DNA of 25,806 nt from a virus (IMGVR_UViG_3300044448_004934:1-25806), one strand, 5' to 3'. Numbered from the stretch's first letter, positions 8,611 to 17,805 are shown. Notes: generated from the letters alone by a model not told the origin. Made by a program: numbers and translations.

Positions 8611-10083
8611 TTAGATTGCTGCTGTTCCGTACATGTAGGCAACATTAGTTGCACTATCTTGGTCTGGACTTGCCAAAGTCTTTCGTACTGTGGCAACGAT
8701 CTCCATCGCTCCGGATGCTATTTCTTTAGCTGTCTCGATTTGTATACCAGACTTTTGATAGTTGTACCAACTTGACTTGTTAACACAAAGGACACCAGAA
8801 CGGGTCTTTGTAATATTATCATAAAATCCAGATAGATTTAAGTCGTTGCCCATAAATCTGGAAAGCACAATTGGGACCCCATATATAGATCCGAGTTGAC
8901 CTGTCAAGACCGTCGCACGGGGCCCGTACTGGTCCAAAGTTTTTACTTCAGTTAATCCCATAAATTCCTTGATAAAATATTCGGGTGATACAATCAGCAT
9001 TAATCCTTGTGCCGCTGCCATTTCACCGGTCTTGCTAATCAATTCAAGTATTTTGGCACCGGTTAACGCTGCTCCACCTAAATCGATTTCGGTATTTTTT
9101 CGAGCAGGATGACACCAAAAGCGTAGACCATCGAAGGTTTTTCTATGATCGCTTGCGTCAACGAAACTGGCCCCGCCCCATCGGCTTCTTATGTTCCAAT
9201 TATTACGCCCTGTGTCCTGTGAAGCCGCGAATAGCCGGGCATCTCCGTTAATTAGGCAATCCTCGTAGGCGTCTGTGAGGTCTGCACCGATCTGCTTAGT
9301 AAGCAATGGCACCATCTGTACAGCCTGGTCCTCAATTAGGTCTGTATCGACACGGTAACGAGTGGCCAATCCGGTAATACTAATGGTCGCCTGTGCTGAT
9401 TGTGGAGTACTGGCAAGGAAAGCATTATCATCTACAGTATCAGATGCTACAGTTCCACGAATGAATGGACGACCACCATAGTTCATACGAGGAATGAGGA
9501 CAGTCGGACGCTCTACCTGTACAGTAGCAAACTCATCTGCCAGTGTTCTCGGTGTCATATACTCCTGATACATTGATTCACGAAACTCGTCTGGTACCCA
9601 TTCGCCACCTTGACCGGCTGTATCATAAAGTGATTTTGATATTACATCACGCATAAAGGCAGGAGCTTTACGTAAATGGGCAATTAATTTTGCATCTGTT
9701 TTCGGCGTATTTCTGCAAATCATTTTTGCCATGCTGCGAGTCTGGCAAATGTCTTTAAGTTCAGCATGCCATTCCGAATGGTTTTCATCCGTATCGAGAA
9801 GACCCTTGGCAGTTACATTGACATTACCATAACCATGGAGGTTCACGCTTTTCTTGGTTGTAATAAGTTGCAATGAACCATCCTGATTGATGTATTGCTT
9901 TAAACCTGCTTCACTACCTTCAATTATGATAGGCTTGGCAGCAGTTTCCTGGACACCACGAACGGCCTCATTTAGGTCTTTGACCTGCTTATCGAGGTTG
10001 CTCAGTCTATCGGAGTTATTTTTCTGATTTGATTTAATGCTCGTGATAATTTCTTGAGCTTTGTTCACCATATTATTTTCCAT
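8611..10083 (-). CDS. Major capsid protein, HK97 fold, with N-terminal scaffold/delta domain
   Basis: 'AGQGGEWVPDEF', 'LINGD', 'GSIYGVPIVLS', N-terminal coiled coil. GAGG RBS favours ATG 10083 over 10095. Confidence 0.92.
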   Translation of the reverse strand: MENNMVNKAQEIITSIKSNQKNNSDRLSNLDKQVKDLNEAVRGVQETAAKPIIIEGSEAGLKQYINQDGSLQLITTKKSVNLHGYGNVNVTAKGLLDTDENHSEWHAELKDICQTRSMAKMICRNTPKTDAKLIAHLRKAPAFMRDVISKSLYDTAGQGGEWVPDEFRESMYQEYMTPRTLADEFATVQVERPTVLIPRMNYGGRPFIRGTVASDTVDDNAFLASTPQSAQATISITGLATRYRVDTDLIEDQAVQMVPLLTKQIGADLTDAYEDCLINGDARLFAASQDTGRNNWNIRSRWGGASFVDASDHRKTFDGLRFWCHPARKNTEIDLGGAALTGAKILELISKTGEMAAAQGLMLIVSPEYFIKEFMGLTEVKTLDQYGPRATVLTGQLGSIYGVPIVLSRFMGNDLNLSGFYDNITKTRSGVLCVNKSSWYNYQKSGIQIETAKEIASGAMEIVATVRKTLASPDQDSATNVAYMYGTAAI

Positions 10084-10104
10084 TTTTTTCCTCATGTTGG
10101 GTTA

Positions 10105-10848
10105 TTAGGCCAATAAAGCCCGGATTAATTCAAGATTTAATTGCTTTTCCTTATCGTCTTTATCATCATCGTCATATCCCTGTTCCACAGGTTGTTCCAC
10201 TTGTTCCTCAAGTTGTTCCACTTCTTCTTCTTCGGGTTCTTCTTGCTTTTCCTTCGCCTTGGCGAAAGTGATTTTATATTCGTCATTTTCTTCGATGATA
10301 CTGATAATATGTTTAGAGACCATCTTGGCGAATAAATCCATATCACCAACTGAGTCAATGAACTTGGCAGCAGTTGCATTTGAGTTTGCCGGAATGGTAA
10401 CGACTGAGACTTCAAGAAGTTCTGCCTTTTCAAAGTAGGTACCATATTCGCCATAATATTTATCTTCCTGGTTCAGTGTATTCCGTTCAACTGCCCTTAT
10501 AGGTTTAAAGCCAACAGAAACAGCATTTAAAAAACCACCTTCAACTTTACTTTTGATTTTCTTGGCCAATTCATCATTTTCATCAAACTCAATATCAATC
10601 ATTAATTGGCCATCAATAATTTCGGCACTTCCTTTTCCTATTGGCAGGCTTCGTGAATCGTGGTTGAACAGAATGACCGGATTTCTTTTATAGGCATTTA
10701 AGCTCCACCCGGATTGGTTTATTACATCCCCCATCCTGTCTATTTTGTCATTGCTCGCTATAAAACTGTATGAAGTTTCACCAGCAGTTTTCACACGTTC
10801 ACATACCAAATTTTTGATTACCATCATTTTGCACCCGGTTATTGTCAT
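10105..10848 (-). CDS. HK97-family prohead protease
   Basis: 'FIAS...DRMGDVI', 'LFNHD..LPIGK', 'VSVGF', 'LLEVSVVTIPAN', acidic C-terminal tail. True start may be the ATG near 10827. Confidence 0.93.
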   Translation of the reverse strand: MTITGCKMMVIKNLVCERVKTAGETSYSFIASNDKIDRMGDVINQSGWSLNAYKRNPVILFNHDSRSLPIGKGSAEIIDGQLMIDIEFDENDELAKKIKSKVEGGFLNAVSVGFKPIRAVERNTLNQEDKYYGEYGTYFEKAELLEVSVVTIPANSNATAAKFIDSVGDMDLFAKMVSKHIISIIEENDEYKITFAKAKEKQEEPEEEEVEQLEEQVEQPVEQGYDDDDKDDKEKQLNLELIRALLA

Positions 10849-10907
10849 GTCAGCAGTATATATTTTTTAAATAAATTACGCAATAATAGAATTTTCTTAA
10901 GATATTA

Positions 10908-12944
10908 TTAATCATAAACTGGCCTGGAAATTGTGGAGCAACGGCAATTTATATTCAACCCGACATCATTAAAGCCTGTCGGCCAATTTGCTTTCGCTCC
11001 TTGGTGGTCACCATGTGGCACCTCAAATAAATTATATACATCAACGGTTTGACCATCCAATGCCTGATGTGCTGGTCTTACCTTATCATCCCGCTCCGTA
11101 ATCCATTCCTTTATGAATCGTACTTTCTTATCTGGCTCATTTTCCAAATCTACAGCAGCATCTGTTGTAGCTGCATTAACCAGTTTCGTCGATTCCGTTC
11201 TCGATATTGTAATTACTCTACTGGTTGATAATGCTGGAATTTTTTCCAATTCCTTTTTTAAATCATCGGGTGCCAGTGTTGTTTCCAACCCAATAAAAAA
11301 TTGACGCAAACCTTCAATTGTAGTCTTATATATTTGTGTTGTCATTAACCCAAGAAAAGTCAATGGCTTTACATTGCTAATTAAACCAACCAAGGCACCG
11401 GCACCAATCAAGTCACGTAGTCGGTTGCTTTCCTCCCGATAATTTTTTTCGTATATCTCAACAAAAGGCTCTTCAAAATTATCCTGAGCGATTCGGGTAA
11501 AATTATCCTCAGTCAATAACTCGTCAGGGTTGCTTTTGATGTTGTAAATCAAGCCAAGTGTTTTCTTTTGATCTATTCTCGAGAAAATATGCCTTTTTAT
11601 ATCACTCATAAAACTAGATGAAGCATTTATCAAAAGATTTTCGGCTGGAGCTTGTTTTGTCTCTACCCAGGATTGCCAGATGTTCGCCCTTTCCTGTTCT
11701 TGGTTTTTTACAACCGCTTCAATAAATGCAGAGTTTTTTTTTTCATCGTCAAGTGGTGGCTCTTTAACCGGTTCTACTTCAACCGGGCGAAAAACTGGTT
11801 TGACTTCCGGGGCATCTTCCAGTCCCTCATAGGCATAGGCATCCTGTGGTTTCATCCCATTCTGTATATGCTTTTGGATTCGCTCCAATGCCTTATCTCT
11901 ATCACTCAAAGCATCGATATGATTAAAATCATGAACAACCCTTAAATCATCCGACCATAATTTAGCAAGTTTCGTGTAGACTATTTCAAGCTTTCTGGCT
12001 CGATGCTGCTGGTTAACCCAATAGGTTTTTCGCTGGTTTAACGAAGTCGCATAATTCGCATCGGGGATACCAAGTATTGTTGGTGGTATACCAATAGCTG
12101 CCGATATGGATTGCCTTGCCATCAGTCTTGCTTCCTTGTATTCCATTTCTCGTGGTGAAAGGTTTAAAGTCTCTATTTTAGCCATGCCACTGAGGGCAAT
12201 AGCTCCACCCTTTTTCGCCATTTTAGTATACGACGATATAATCTCTTCTCGTACCTCTTTAGGCCATACATCGGCCTCATCGGAAGGGCTAATTAATATA
12301 TCTGGCCTACCTTGAGCAGAAGCCTGCGAAGCCAATAACATCGCATTTGTATCGCTCTTGAGTTCTTCGTAGAGAGGCTGTATCACACCTGTTCCGTATA
12401 GACTTTTCGGACCCTTCGTATAGCTTGCATTTCTACCATAGAGGACTTTTGCAATATCATAAATTACTTCCTGCCCATAACTACTATTTTTTACACCCTT
12501 GATACCAATCGTTTTATCCGTAACAAATTGTGTTTCTTCGGGGTGAAGTCTTATCAATGATGTTGGCAGTTTTCCAGCACCAATCATCAAAATGAAAAAT
12601 GTTCCATTGAGTATTAAATCTAGGGTGATTTGCTGTCGAAACAAATACCCATCCATCATTGTACTTGGGTTGTTCAAAAGGTCTTTCACCGGGTGACTAT
12701 CAAGTATTATGCTGTCTTTACCTGTTCCTCTTATTACTTTTAGTGGTAAGGCACTTAAGTCCTCAGTGCAGCGTGTTATAGCCGCATATAAATAAGCATG
12801 TTCGCCATAGGCTTCCAGGGCATCACGACTTGGGAAAACTGGTTTGTTACCATAGGGGCTATCCCAAGAAGCACCCAGGTTTTCCTTTTTAGGCTTTGTT
12901 GTGATAGCCGGTTGTCGTTTCTTTAGAAAATCCCAAAAAGCCAT
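10908..12944 (-). CDS. Portal protein fused to a MuF/SPP1 gp7-like minor head domain
   Basis: Portal motifs 'DLSALPLKV', 'LLNNPS', 'AAIGIPPTILG..NYA'. C-terminal 'ISRTEST', 'KEWIT..DDKVRPAHQALDG', 'INCRC'. GAGGTG RBS before ATG 12944; the ORF track starts at GTG 12953. Confidence 0.92.
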   Translation of the reverse strand: MAFWDFLKKRQPAITTKPKKENLGASWDSPYGNKPVFPSRDALEAYGEHAYLYAAITRCTEDLSALPLKVIRGTGKDSIILDSHPVKDLLNNPSTMMDGYLFRQQITLDLILNGTFFILMIGAGKLPTSLIRLHPEETQFVTDKTIGIKGVKNSSYGQEVIYDIAKVLYGRNASYTKGPKSLYGTGVIQPLYEELKSDTNAMLLASQASAQGRPDILISPSDEADVWPKEVREEIISSYTKMAKKGGAIALSGMAKIETLNLSPREMEYKEARLMARQSISAAIGIPPTILGIPDANYATSLNQRKTYWVNQQHRARKLEIVYTKLAKLWSDDLRVVHDFNHIDALSDRDKALERIQKHIQNGMKPQDAYAYEGLEDAPEVKPVFRPVEVEPVKEPPLDDEKKNSAFIEAVVKNQEQERANIWQSWVETKQAPAENLLINASSSFMSDIKRHIFSRIDQKKTLGLIYNIKSNPDELLTEDNFTRIAQDNFEEPFVEIYEKNYREESNRLRDLIGAGALVGLISNVKPLTFLGLMTTQIYKTTIEGLRQFFIGLETTLAPDDLKKELEKIPALSTSRVITISRTESTKLVNAATTDAAVDLENEPDKKVRFIKEWITERDDKVRPAHQALDGQTVDVYNLFEVPHGDHQGAKANWPTGFNDVGLNINCRCSTISRPVYD

Positions 12945-12945
12945 T

Positions 12946-13293
12946 TTATTCACCTCTTAATCTAATTTTTATTTCCGTCCGCATATCTCTTAATTCGTTA
13001 TGTGCTTCATTCAAAAGTCTATTCTGCTCTTCATTAATTACTTTCAATTGATTTATAGCATTTTTTAAATCATTGAGATTGTTGATTCGCTCTTCAATCA
13101 TTTCGGATTTTTCCACATCATATTTATCAATGACAGTTCGCCACCTCGAGCGGATTTTTTCCTGCTCTTCAAAATTCCTATCCCTGGATTCAAGCAATTC
13201 CTTTTTATTATTTAGGTATAGCCAGAAAAATATACCAGCCATTACACCCAGTGAACCGTAATCCAGAAGATAGTCAATTATTCCATGTTCCAT
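12946..13293 (-). CDS. Holin-like membrane protein (BhlA/UviB-like architecture)
   Basis: Single N-terminal hydrophobic segment (YGSLGVMAGIFFWLYL) followed by a long charged coiled coil. Confidence 0.5.
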   Translation of the reverse strand: MEHGIIDYLLDYGSLGVMAGIFFWLYLNNKKELLESRDRNFEEQEKIRSRWRTVIDKYDVEKSEMIEERINNLNDLKNAINQLKVINEEQNRLLNEAHNELRDMRTEIKIRLRGE

Positions 13294-13346
13294 TTTTAAT
13301 CCCGAGAATCACCTGTGTATTTATGCCATTTTTTTGGGACAAAAAT

Positions 13347-13379
13347 AAAAAAAACCACATTAAATTAATAATGTAGTTT
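13347..13379 (-). terminator. Intrinsic terminator ending the accessory block
   Basis: AAACTACATTA-ttaatt-TAATGTGGTTT followed by a T run. The G-U pair works only on the minus strand. Confidence 0.6.
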
Positions 13380-13462
13380 CCTCACCACAAACTGATATAG
13401 GATTAAAACAGCCTAAAAAGGTTAAAGTTTATATCAGTTTGATCATTATATAATATTCGAAA

Positions 13463-13705
13463 TTAATTATCATATTTTTTTATATCAAAAGCTTTTAATT
13501 CAGCATATAAACTGCCATTTTTATTATCATAATATGCCGAAAAATCTCTTTTACCTGCTTCGTACCCATATTTATAGGCCAATCCACCGACAAAAGCGAT
13601 AACATCCTCGATTGGAGCTTCATCGTCGTTAAGTAAGTCCTCTAGCCATGGAAAGTTCTCCAGGATTAAATCGTATAATTCCTCTATCAAGTCGTAAGAA
13701 CTCAT
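13463..13705 (-). CDS. Small acidic hypothetical protein
   Basis: 80 aa, GGAG RBS, ATGA-coupled to the upstream ORF. Confidence 0.7.
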   Translation of the reverse strand: MSSYDLIEELYDLILENFPWLEDLLNDDEAPIEDVIAFVGGLAYKYGYEAGKRDFSAYYDNKNGSLYAELKAFDIKKYDN

Positions 13706-13863
13706 TTTATAAACTCCAACTTCAATTGTTTCGGCTTGAATCTTTTATGATACACGCAATTATTATAATGTTTCGGTAGCCCTTTTTTCAAAATAAATGG
13801 CTTACAAGGAACATATCCATCTGTAAGCCAATTGTAATGTACAATACAATACCAAGTTTTCAT
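13702..13863 (-). CDS. Small hypothetical protein, 53 aa (not in ORF track)
   Basis: MKTWYCIVHYNWLTDG...KQLKLEFIK. ATGA overlaps at both ends fill the gap exactly. Confidence 0.6.
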   Translation of the reverse strand: MKTWYCIVHYNWLTDGYVPCKPFILKKGLPKHYNNCVYHKRFKPKQLKLEFIK

Positions 13864-14144
13864 TTTGAATTGTATCTCACCAAATTAGGGGCATCCATAT
13901 ATGCCTCATAAATACGGATTACAACTTCTTCAACTGGTTCTTTTTCACACCTAATCAGCATGATACAATACATTCGTAACGAATCATATATATATCGATT
14001 GTTAATGCTTTCATCTACCCATATATCAATAGATACCGGGGACATTTTCGATGATTTAGCCCATATATGGTTGACTATATAAGCATAGCATTTATCAAGA
14101 TATTTCTGTATCAGGTTTGTATAATCCTGTAGTGTCTTAATCAT
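13860..14144 (-). CDS. Hypothetical protein
   Basis: 94 aa, GGAG RBS, ATGA overlap. Confidence 0.65.
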   Translation of the reverse strand: MIKTLQDYTNLIQKYLDKCYAYIVNHIWAKSSKMSPVSIDIWVDESINNRYIYDSLRMYCIMLIRCEKEPVEEVVIRIYEAYMDAPNLVRYNSK

Positions 14145-14404
14145 GATATAAGCTCCAACATGTAATTATTCATTTCAGTTAGGTTTATATTATTGTTCAG
14201 CCACTCTACACCATCACCGGTTTTATGGTTTTTCAACCCCATAAACTCGATGAAGCTTTTGTATATTTCGCTTTTATCACCTGGAAAGTCTCGAGAATAG
14301 ACACATGCCGCCTTGTATAAGTGATATTCTTTACCTATATGAAGTGCGACATTCCAGGTGGAGTAGTTAGCCCATCCATTGTATTTTTTATATTTCCAGT
14401 CCAT
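14141..14404 (-). CDS. Conserved phage protein (YNGWxNYxTWxVAL motif family)
   Basis: 87 aa containing 'YNGWANYSTWNVAL'. CAA-rich leader with AAGGAG. Confidence 0.75.
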   Translation of the reverse strand: MDWKYKKYNGWANYSTWNVALHIGKEYHLYKAACVYSRDFPGDKSEIYKSFIEFMGLKNHKTGDGVEWLNNNINLTEMNNYMLELIS

Positions 14405-14433
14405 TTGAGTTCTCCTTGTTGTTGTGTTGTTGT

Positions 14434-14748
14434 TCAGTCTATTTCAATGTAATCAAAATCTTCTTCCAAATATTCGTCTTGTTTCTTAGCATCATGATGG
14501 TCTTCCATCATGGCATGTATGTCGTCTAAAGTACGGTCAGCATATTCTATATACATTTCTATAGCATCGGCTATATTTGCCAGTGTTATACCTTTGAGAG
14601 GTATATCGGGTGCCATGTCAACCTCTACCGATTCACCTTCCTCGTTAAATAGATGCACAATAGAGCCTTCATCGAAAGACACAATTAACCATTCTCTTTT
14701 TTCCCAATAATGTGTATATCTGGCACCGTCTAATAATGATAAAATCAT
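14434..14748 (-). CDS. Acidic hypothetical protein
   Basis: 104 aa, AGGAGGT RBS, TAATG overlap. Confidence 0.7.
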   Translation of the reverse strand: MILSLLDGARYTHYWEKREWLIVSFDEGSIVHLFNEEGESVEVDMAPDIPLKGITLANIADAIEMYIEYADRTLDDIHAMMEDHHDAKKQDEYLEEDFDYIEID

Positions 14749-15002
14749 TACTTACCTCCTAAAACAAAATTGATTTTAGAACCAAGGCCACGTTTATTCA
14801 TCACGGTTATCATTTCCATCAAATCGGTGCCGATTGCAATGGCTCCAGGTCTTACTGTTCCATCTCCCGGTTTGGCTTTTGTAAGCTCTTTATATCGTCT
14901 GCCTAATCCGCTGAAAAGCATATAGAGTTCTGCATCTGTTAACCCTGCATATTTTTCGGTGACTTTCTTTTCGTAGGTTTGTAGTTTCTTAGAGTCAATC
15001 AT
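14748..15002 (-). CDS. Hypothetical protein
   Basis: 84 aa, GGAGGT RBS, TAATG overlap. Confidence 0.7.
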   Translation of the reverse strand: MIDSKKLQTYEKKVTEKYAGLTDAELYMLFSGLGRRYKELTKAKPGDGTVRPGAIAIGTDLMEMITVMNKRGLGSKINFVLGGK

Positions 15003-15421
15003 TACCGACCTCCATTTATGTATATATATTTCTCGACAATATCTATGTTATGTTCGATATTAATTCCTTTTATCGCTTGGTTTGCTGCAATTTCGGCTGA
15101 TATAAATGTTGGTTTTATTTTAGCAAAATATTCGTATTCTTGAAGTGAACCACCATATGGTAGATTAGGTCTTCGTAGTGACCGCCTTGCCTCGCTTCTT
15201 GCTTCATCTATTCTATTCTCAATGGCTGTACGTCTTCGTCTTCCACCAGTATATAATATTCGGTTTAAAGACTTAATTCGCTCGTCCCTTGTTACTGCAC
15301 TTTTCATCATTTGAGGGTCTATTGTTAAGCTCATCATTTTCGCTGCTTCTTCGATGGATATATCATCGAAATATGCGTTTCTTAAAATGTCTTGTTCTGG
15401 TAGCCTATATGGGTTTTTCAT
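15002..15421 (-). CDS. Hypothetical basic protein
   Basis: 139 aa, first gene after promoter copy 1, CAA-rich leader. Confidence 0.7.
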   Translation of the reverse strand: MKNPYRLPEQDILRNAYFDDISIEEAAKMMSLTIDPQMMKSAVTRDERIKSLNRILYTGGRRRRTAIENRIDEARSEARRSLRRPNLPYGGSLQEYEYFAKIKPTFISAEIAANQAIKGINIEHNIDIVEKYIYINGGR

Positions 15422-15453
15422 TGTTGTTTTCCTGTTGTTGTTGTTGTGTATAT

Positions 15454-15491
15454 AGTTTAAGGTATTACTTTAAGTTTGTAAACAACTATCT
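15454..15491 (-). promoter_or_regulatory. Sigma70-type promoter, repeat copy 1
   Basis: TTTACA-17 nt-TAAACT. 22 nt (15470-15491) identical to 18083-18104. Confidence 0.75.
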
Positions 15492-15509
15492 GCATTTATT
15501 TTTAAGAAC

Positions 15510-16274
15510 TCAACCATCATAACAATCACAGGCAACTGGTAAATCAAACATTTTCACCTGCGATTTTTCCTGGTCAATAAGTCTTCTCCAACTATATTTT
15601 CCACCCAACCCTTTGATGGATGTTCCTTCTTTTAGGTTTGCATTATCTTCGATTGCAATTGCACGGTCAAATAATTCTGGATTACATGATGCAAGTTGTT
15701 TAACCTCTTGAACTTTCATACTTGGGCAAAAGAAACAAGATGATTTGCCCGGTAAAGGTATATTTGCATTTTTAATGATTTCTATACATTCCTCTCTGCC
15801 ATAATCCCATTCTATTAATGGGTACCAAACCTTATATTTATCATCATCGTAAATTTTTTTGGTTCGATGATGTTCGTCGGCATCAATACCAATAATTTTA
15901 ATTATTTGATTTCCTTCATTCCAAAAATCTATACACTTTTTTTGGCTTTTCATAAATTTATCTATAGGAGTTTTTTTGAACTTTAGACTACAAGATTTGA
16001 ATCCATAGATAATACTCGGAAGTGATTTGTATTTATGGCAAAATTGTTCAAGATTTAAGTTCTTCCCATCCTTCGTTTTATATTGTACCGTGATAATTCC
16101 TGGATAGCCCTTTGAGCGAATCCATTTATCCATATAGGCCACATGTTTATATGTCTTAGGTCTTTCTCCTCCGGTATCACTAAATAAAATAAAATCGACT
16201 TCTATTTTTCTCCGTACTATTTCGATTAATAATGCTGTAGAATTGGTACCACCACCAAATGTTAATAATTTCAT
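15510..16274 (-). CDS. PAPS reductase-like (PP-loop, Cys-rich) protein
   Basis: 'TFGGGTNSTALL', 'FSDTGGE', 'CSLKFK', 'GIDADE..R', 'YPLIEW', 'KSSCFFCP', C-terminal 'CDC'. Confidence 0.85.
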   Translation of the reverse strand: MKLLTFGGGTNSTALLIEIVRRKIEVDFILFSDTGGERPKTYKHVAYMDKWIRSKGYPGIITVQYKTKDGKNLNLEQFCHKYKSLPSIIYGFKSCSLKFKKTPIDKFMKSQKKCIDFWNEGNQIIKIIGIDADEHHRTKKIYDDDKYKVWYPLIEWDYGREECIEIIKNANIPLPGKSSCFFCPSMKVQEVKQLASCNPELFDRAIAIEDNANLKEGTSIKGLGGKYSWRRLIDQEKSQVKMFDLPVACDCYDG

Positions 16275-16438
16275 AATGCTCTCACTAAAATTGGAAAATA
16301 CTTTCGTTTACACTGATATTCATTTTGATAGTAAGCTCTAAAATTGTCCTTTTCATTTTTAACGATTAGGACTACCTTTTCGCCTAATGCCTGATGAAGC
16401 TTACGACGGGCAATTTTATATGCCTCATCGTAAGTCAT
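16271..16438 (-). CDS. Small basic hypothetical protein, 55 aa (not in ORF track)
   Basis: MTYDEAYKIARRKLHQALGE...PILVRAL. Its TGA overlaps the ATG at 16274. Confidence 0.6.
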   Translation of the reverse strand: MTYDEAYKIARRKLHQALGEKVVLIVKNEKDNFRAYYQNEYQCKRKYFPILVRAL

Positions 16439-16446
16439 AAACTTGG

Positions 16447-16824
16447 TCACCCTTCCTCGACAATATCAAAAAAATATTTATCAACGAGAGTATCATCTAA
16501 TGAGTTTATACTTTCCAGATATTCGTACGCTTCTATCCTGCTTAAAACAATGAACTTTGAACTATCAACATAATTACCATTGGGTAATTTCTTACCATAT
16601 TTAGTTTCGGCACCTCCTTCACCATAGAGTATCCAGGACCCTTGATTCGTTACAAATAGGTTTTCTTTGAGGTATACCGGGGTGCTAACATGCCCTTCGT
16701 TCCAATATTGGCAGACCAGAATTGCAGCGCCTAAATCGTATCGTTTTCTATCCTTGAAAAAGATACCGCTCTTTTTTTGACTGAGTCTATAAATTTTTGT
16801 AAATTTCGTATTGCTTTTCGACAT
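16447..16824 (-). CDS. Conserved phage hypothetical protein (KRYD...GEGG family)
   Basis: 'KRYDL', 'ENLFVTNQGSWILYGEGGAETKY', 'LSRIEAYEYLE'. CAA-rich leader. Confidence 0.75.
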   Translation of the reverse strand: MSKSNTKFTKIYRLSQKKSGIFFKDRKRYDLGAAILVCQYWNEGHVSTPVYLKENLFVTNQGSWILYGEGGAETKYGKKLPNGNYVDSSKFIVLSRIEAYEYLESINSLDDTLVDKYFFDIVEEG

Positions 16825-16834
16825 GAGTTCTTCC

Positions 16835-17314
16835 TTATTGGTTGTTGTTGTTTTTATTAAATTTATTTTTAACTTCTTTATTAATATATTTTACAGCATC
16901 ATCGATAGATGTAAAAGTACATGAGGCATAATATGCTTCTCTTTCCCTATCTCTTTTCTCCTGCTCTTTTCGCCTTTGTTCGCATTGTCTTTTGCTCATC
17001 ATGTAGCTAATACTGATTTGCCTTTTTTCTTTCCACAAATCAGGTGGGTCTATCATTTGCCTCCATGGTTTATCATAGTCCAACTCGATTACATTTTCCT
17101 GTATTGCCTTTTTTAGTTCTGCAATAGATTTAAAATGGAAGAAGTTATCACCCTGGAAAACTTGAATTATATCGTAATCAATACCTTCTTCCGGCAACCA
17201 ATTTTTGAACTTTAAGTAAATGCCTTCGGTCCGAAACTTATAATAAGAGCCTGGTGGGTTATGGTTTGCTGTATCCGACATATATTGCAGATAAATATCC
17301 TTATAGTCTTTCAT
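16835..17314 (-). CDS. Hypothetical protein
   Basis: 159 aa, GGAGGTG RBS, TAATG overlap. Confidence 0.7.
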   Translation of the reverse strand: MKDYKDIYLQYMSDTANHNPPGSYYKFRTEGIYLKFKNWLPEEGIDYDIIQVFQGDNFFHFKSIAELKKAIQENVIELDYDKPWRQMIDPPDLWKEKRQISISYMMSKRQCEQRRKEQEKRDREREAYYASCTFTSIDDAVKYINKEVKNKFNKNNNNQ

Positions 17315-17781
17315 TATTCACCTCCCAGGGTGTATTTTTTACGCTTTTCAGCGGATACATGCCTTTCCATATATTCAACCATGTAATGCTGGATAATGCT
17401 GGATATACTCTCCTCTATCCTATATTCTCCAGGGCTTTTATTGTATCCGTGAGTAACGTAATATGTCATTTCTCGGTTTATGAGCTCCTGGATACTCTTT
17501 TCTACCTCATCATAAATACCGATTACAACTTCATCCGATTCGTTGAACCAGCTTACAGCAGCAGCAAAGCAGTTTGTAAAATGCGACCCCGGAACAAATA
17601 ATGCTTCTGATACATCTATTAGACTCTCATCACCTGTATAAATCTTTAAGAGTAGGTGGTGGGCAGTTGTTCGAGCTTCATCCCTGGTGGTATCATATAC
17701 CGATATGGAAGAACTTCCTATCAGGCAATTCATACCCATTTGGAACGCTTTTAATAGTCTTGTCTTTTTTTCTTCTTTCAT
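17314..17781 (-). CDS. Hypothetical protein
   Basis: 155 aa, CAA-rich leader with AAGGA. Confidence 0.7.
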   Translation of the reverse strand: MKEEKKTRLLKAFQMGMNCLIGSSSISVYDTTRDEARTTAHHLLLKIYTGDESLIDVSEALFVPGSHFTNCFAAAVSWFNESDEVVIGIYDEVEKSIQELINREMTYYVTHGYNKSPGEYRIEESISSIIQHYMVEYMERHVSAEKRKKYTLGGE

Positions 17782-17805
17782 TGTTGTTGTCCTTGGTTGT
17801 TGTTG

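Noticed and set aside
10180-10225. TGTTCCAC short repeats
   Set aside because: Explained by the low-complexity VEQ repeats in the acidic tail of the protease.
13798-13846. 9-bp inverted repeat TGGCTTACA/TGTAAGCCA and a neighbouring small stem
   Set aside because: Inside a coupled ORF, with no U tract or other support; could be chance.
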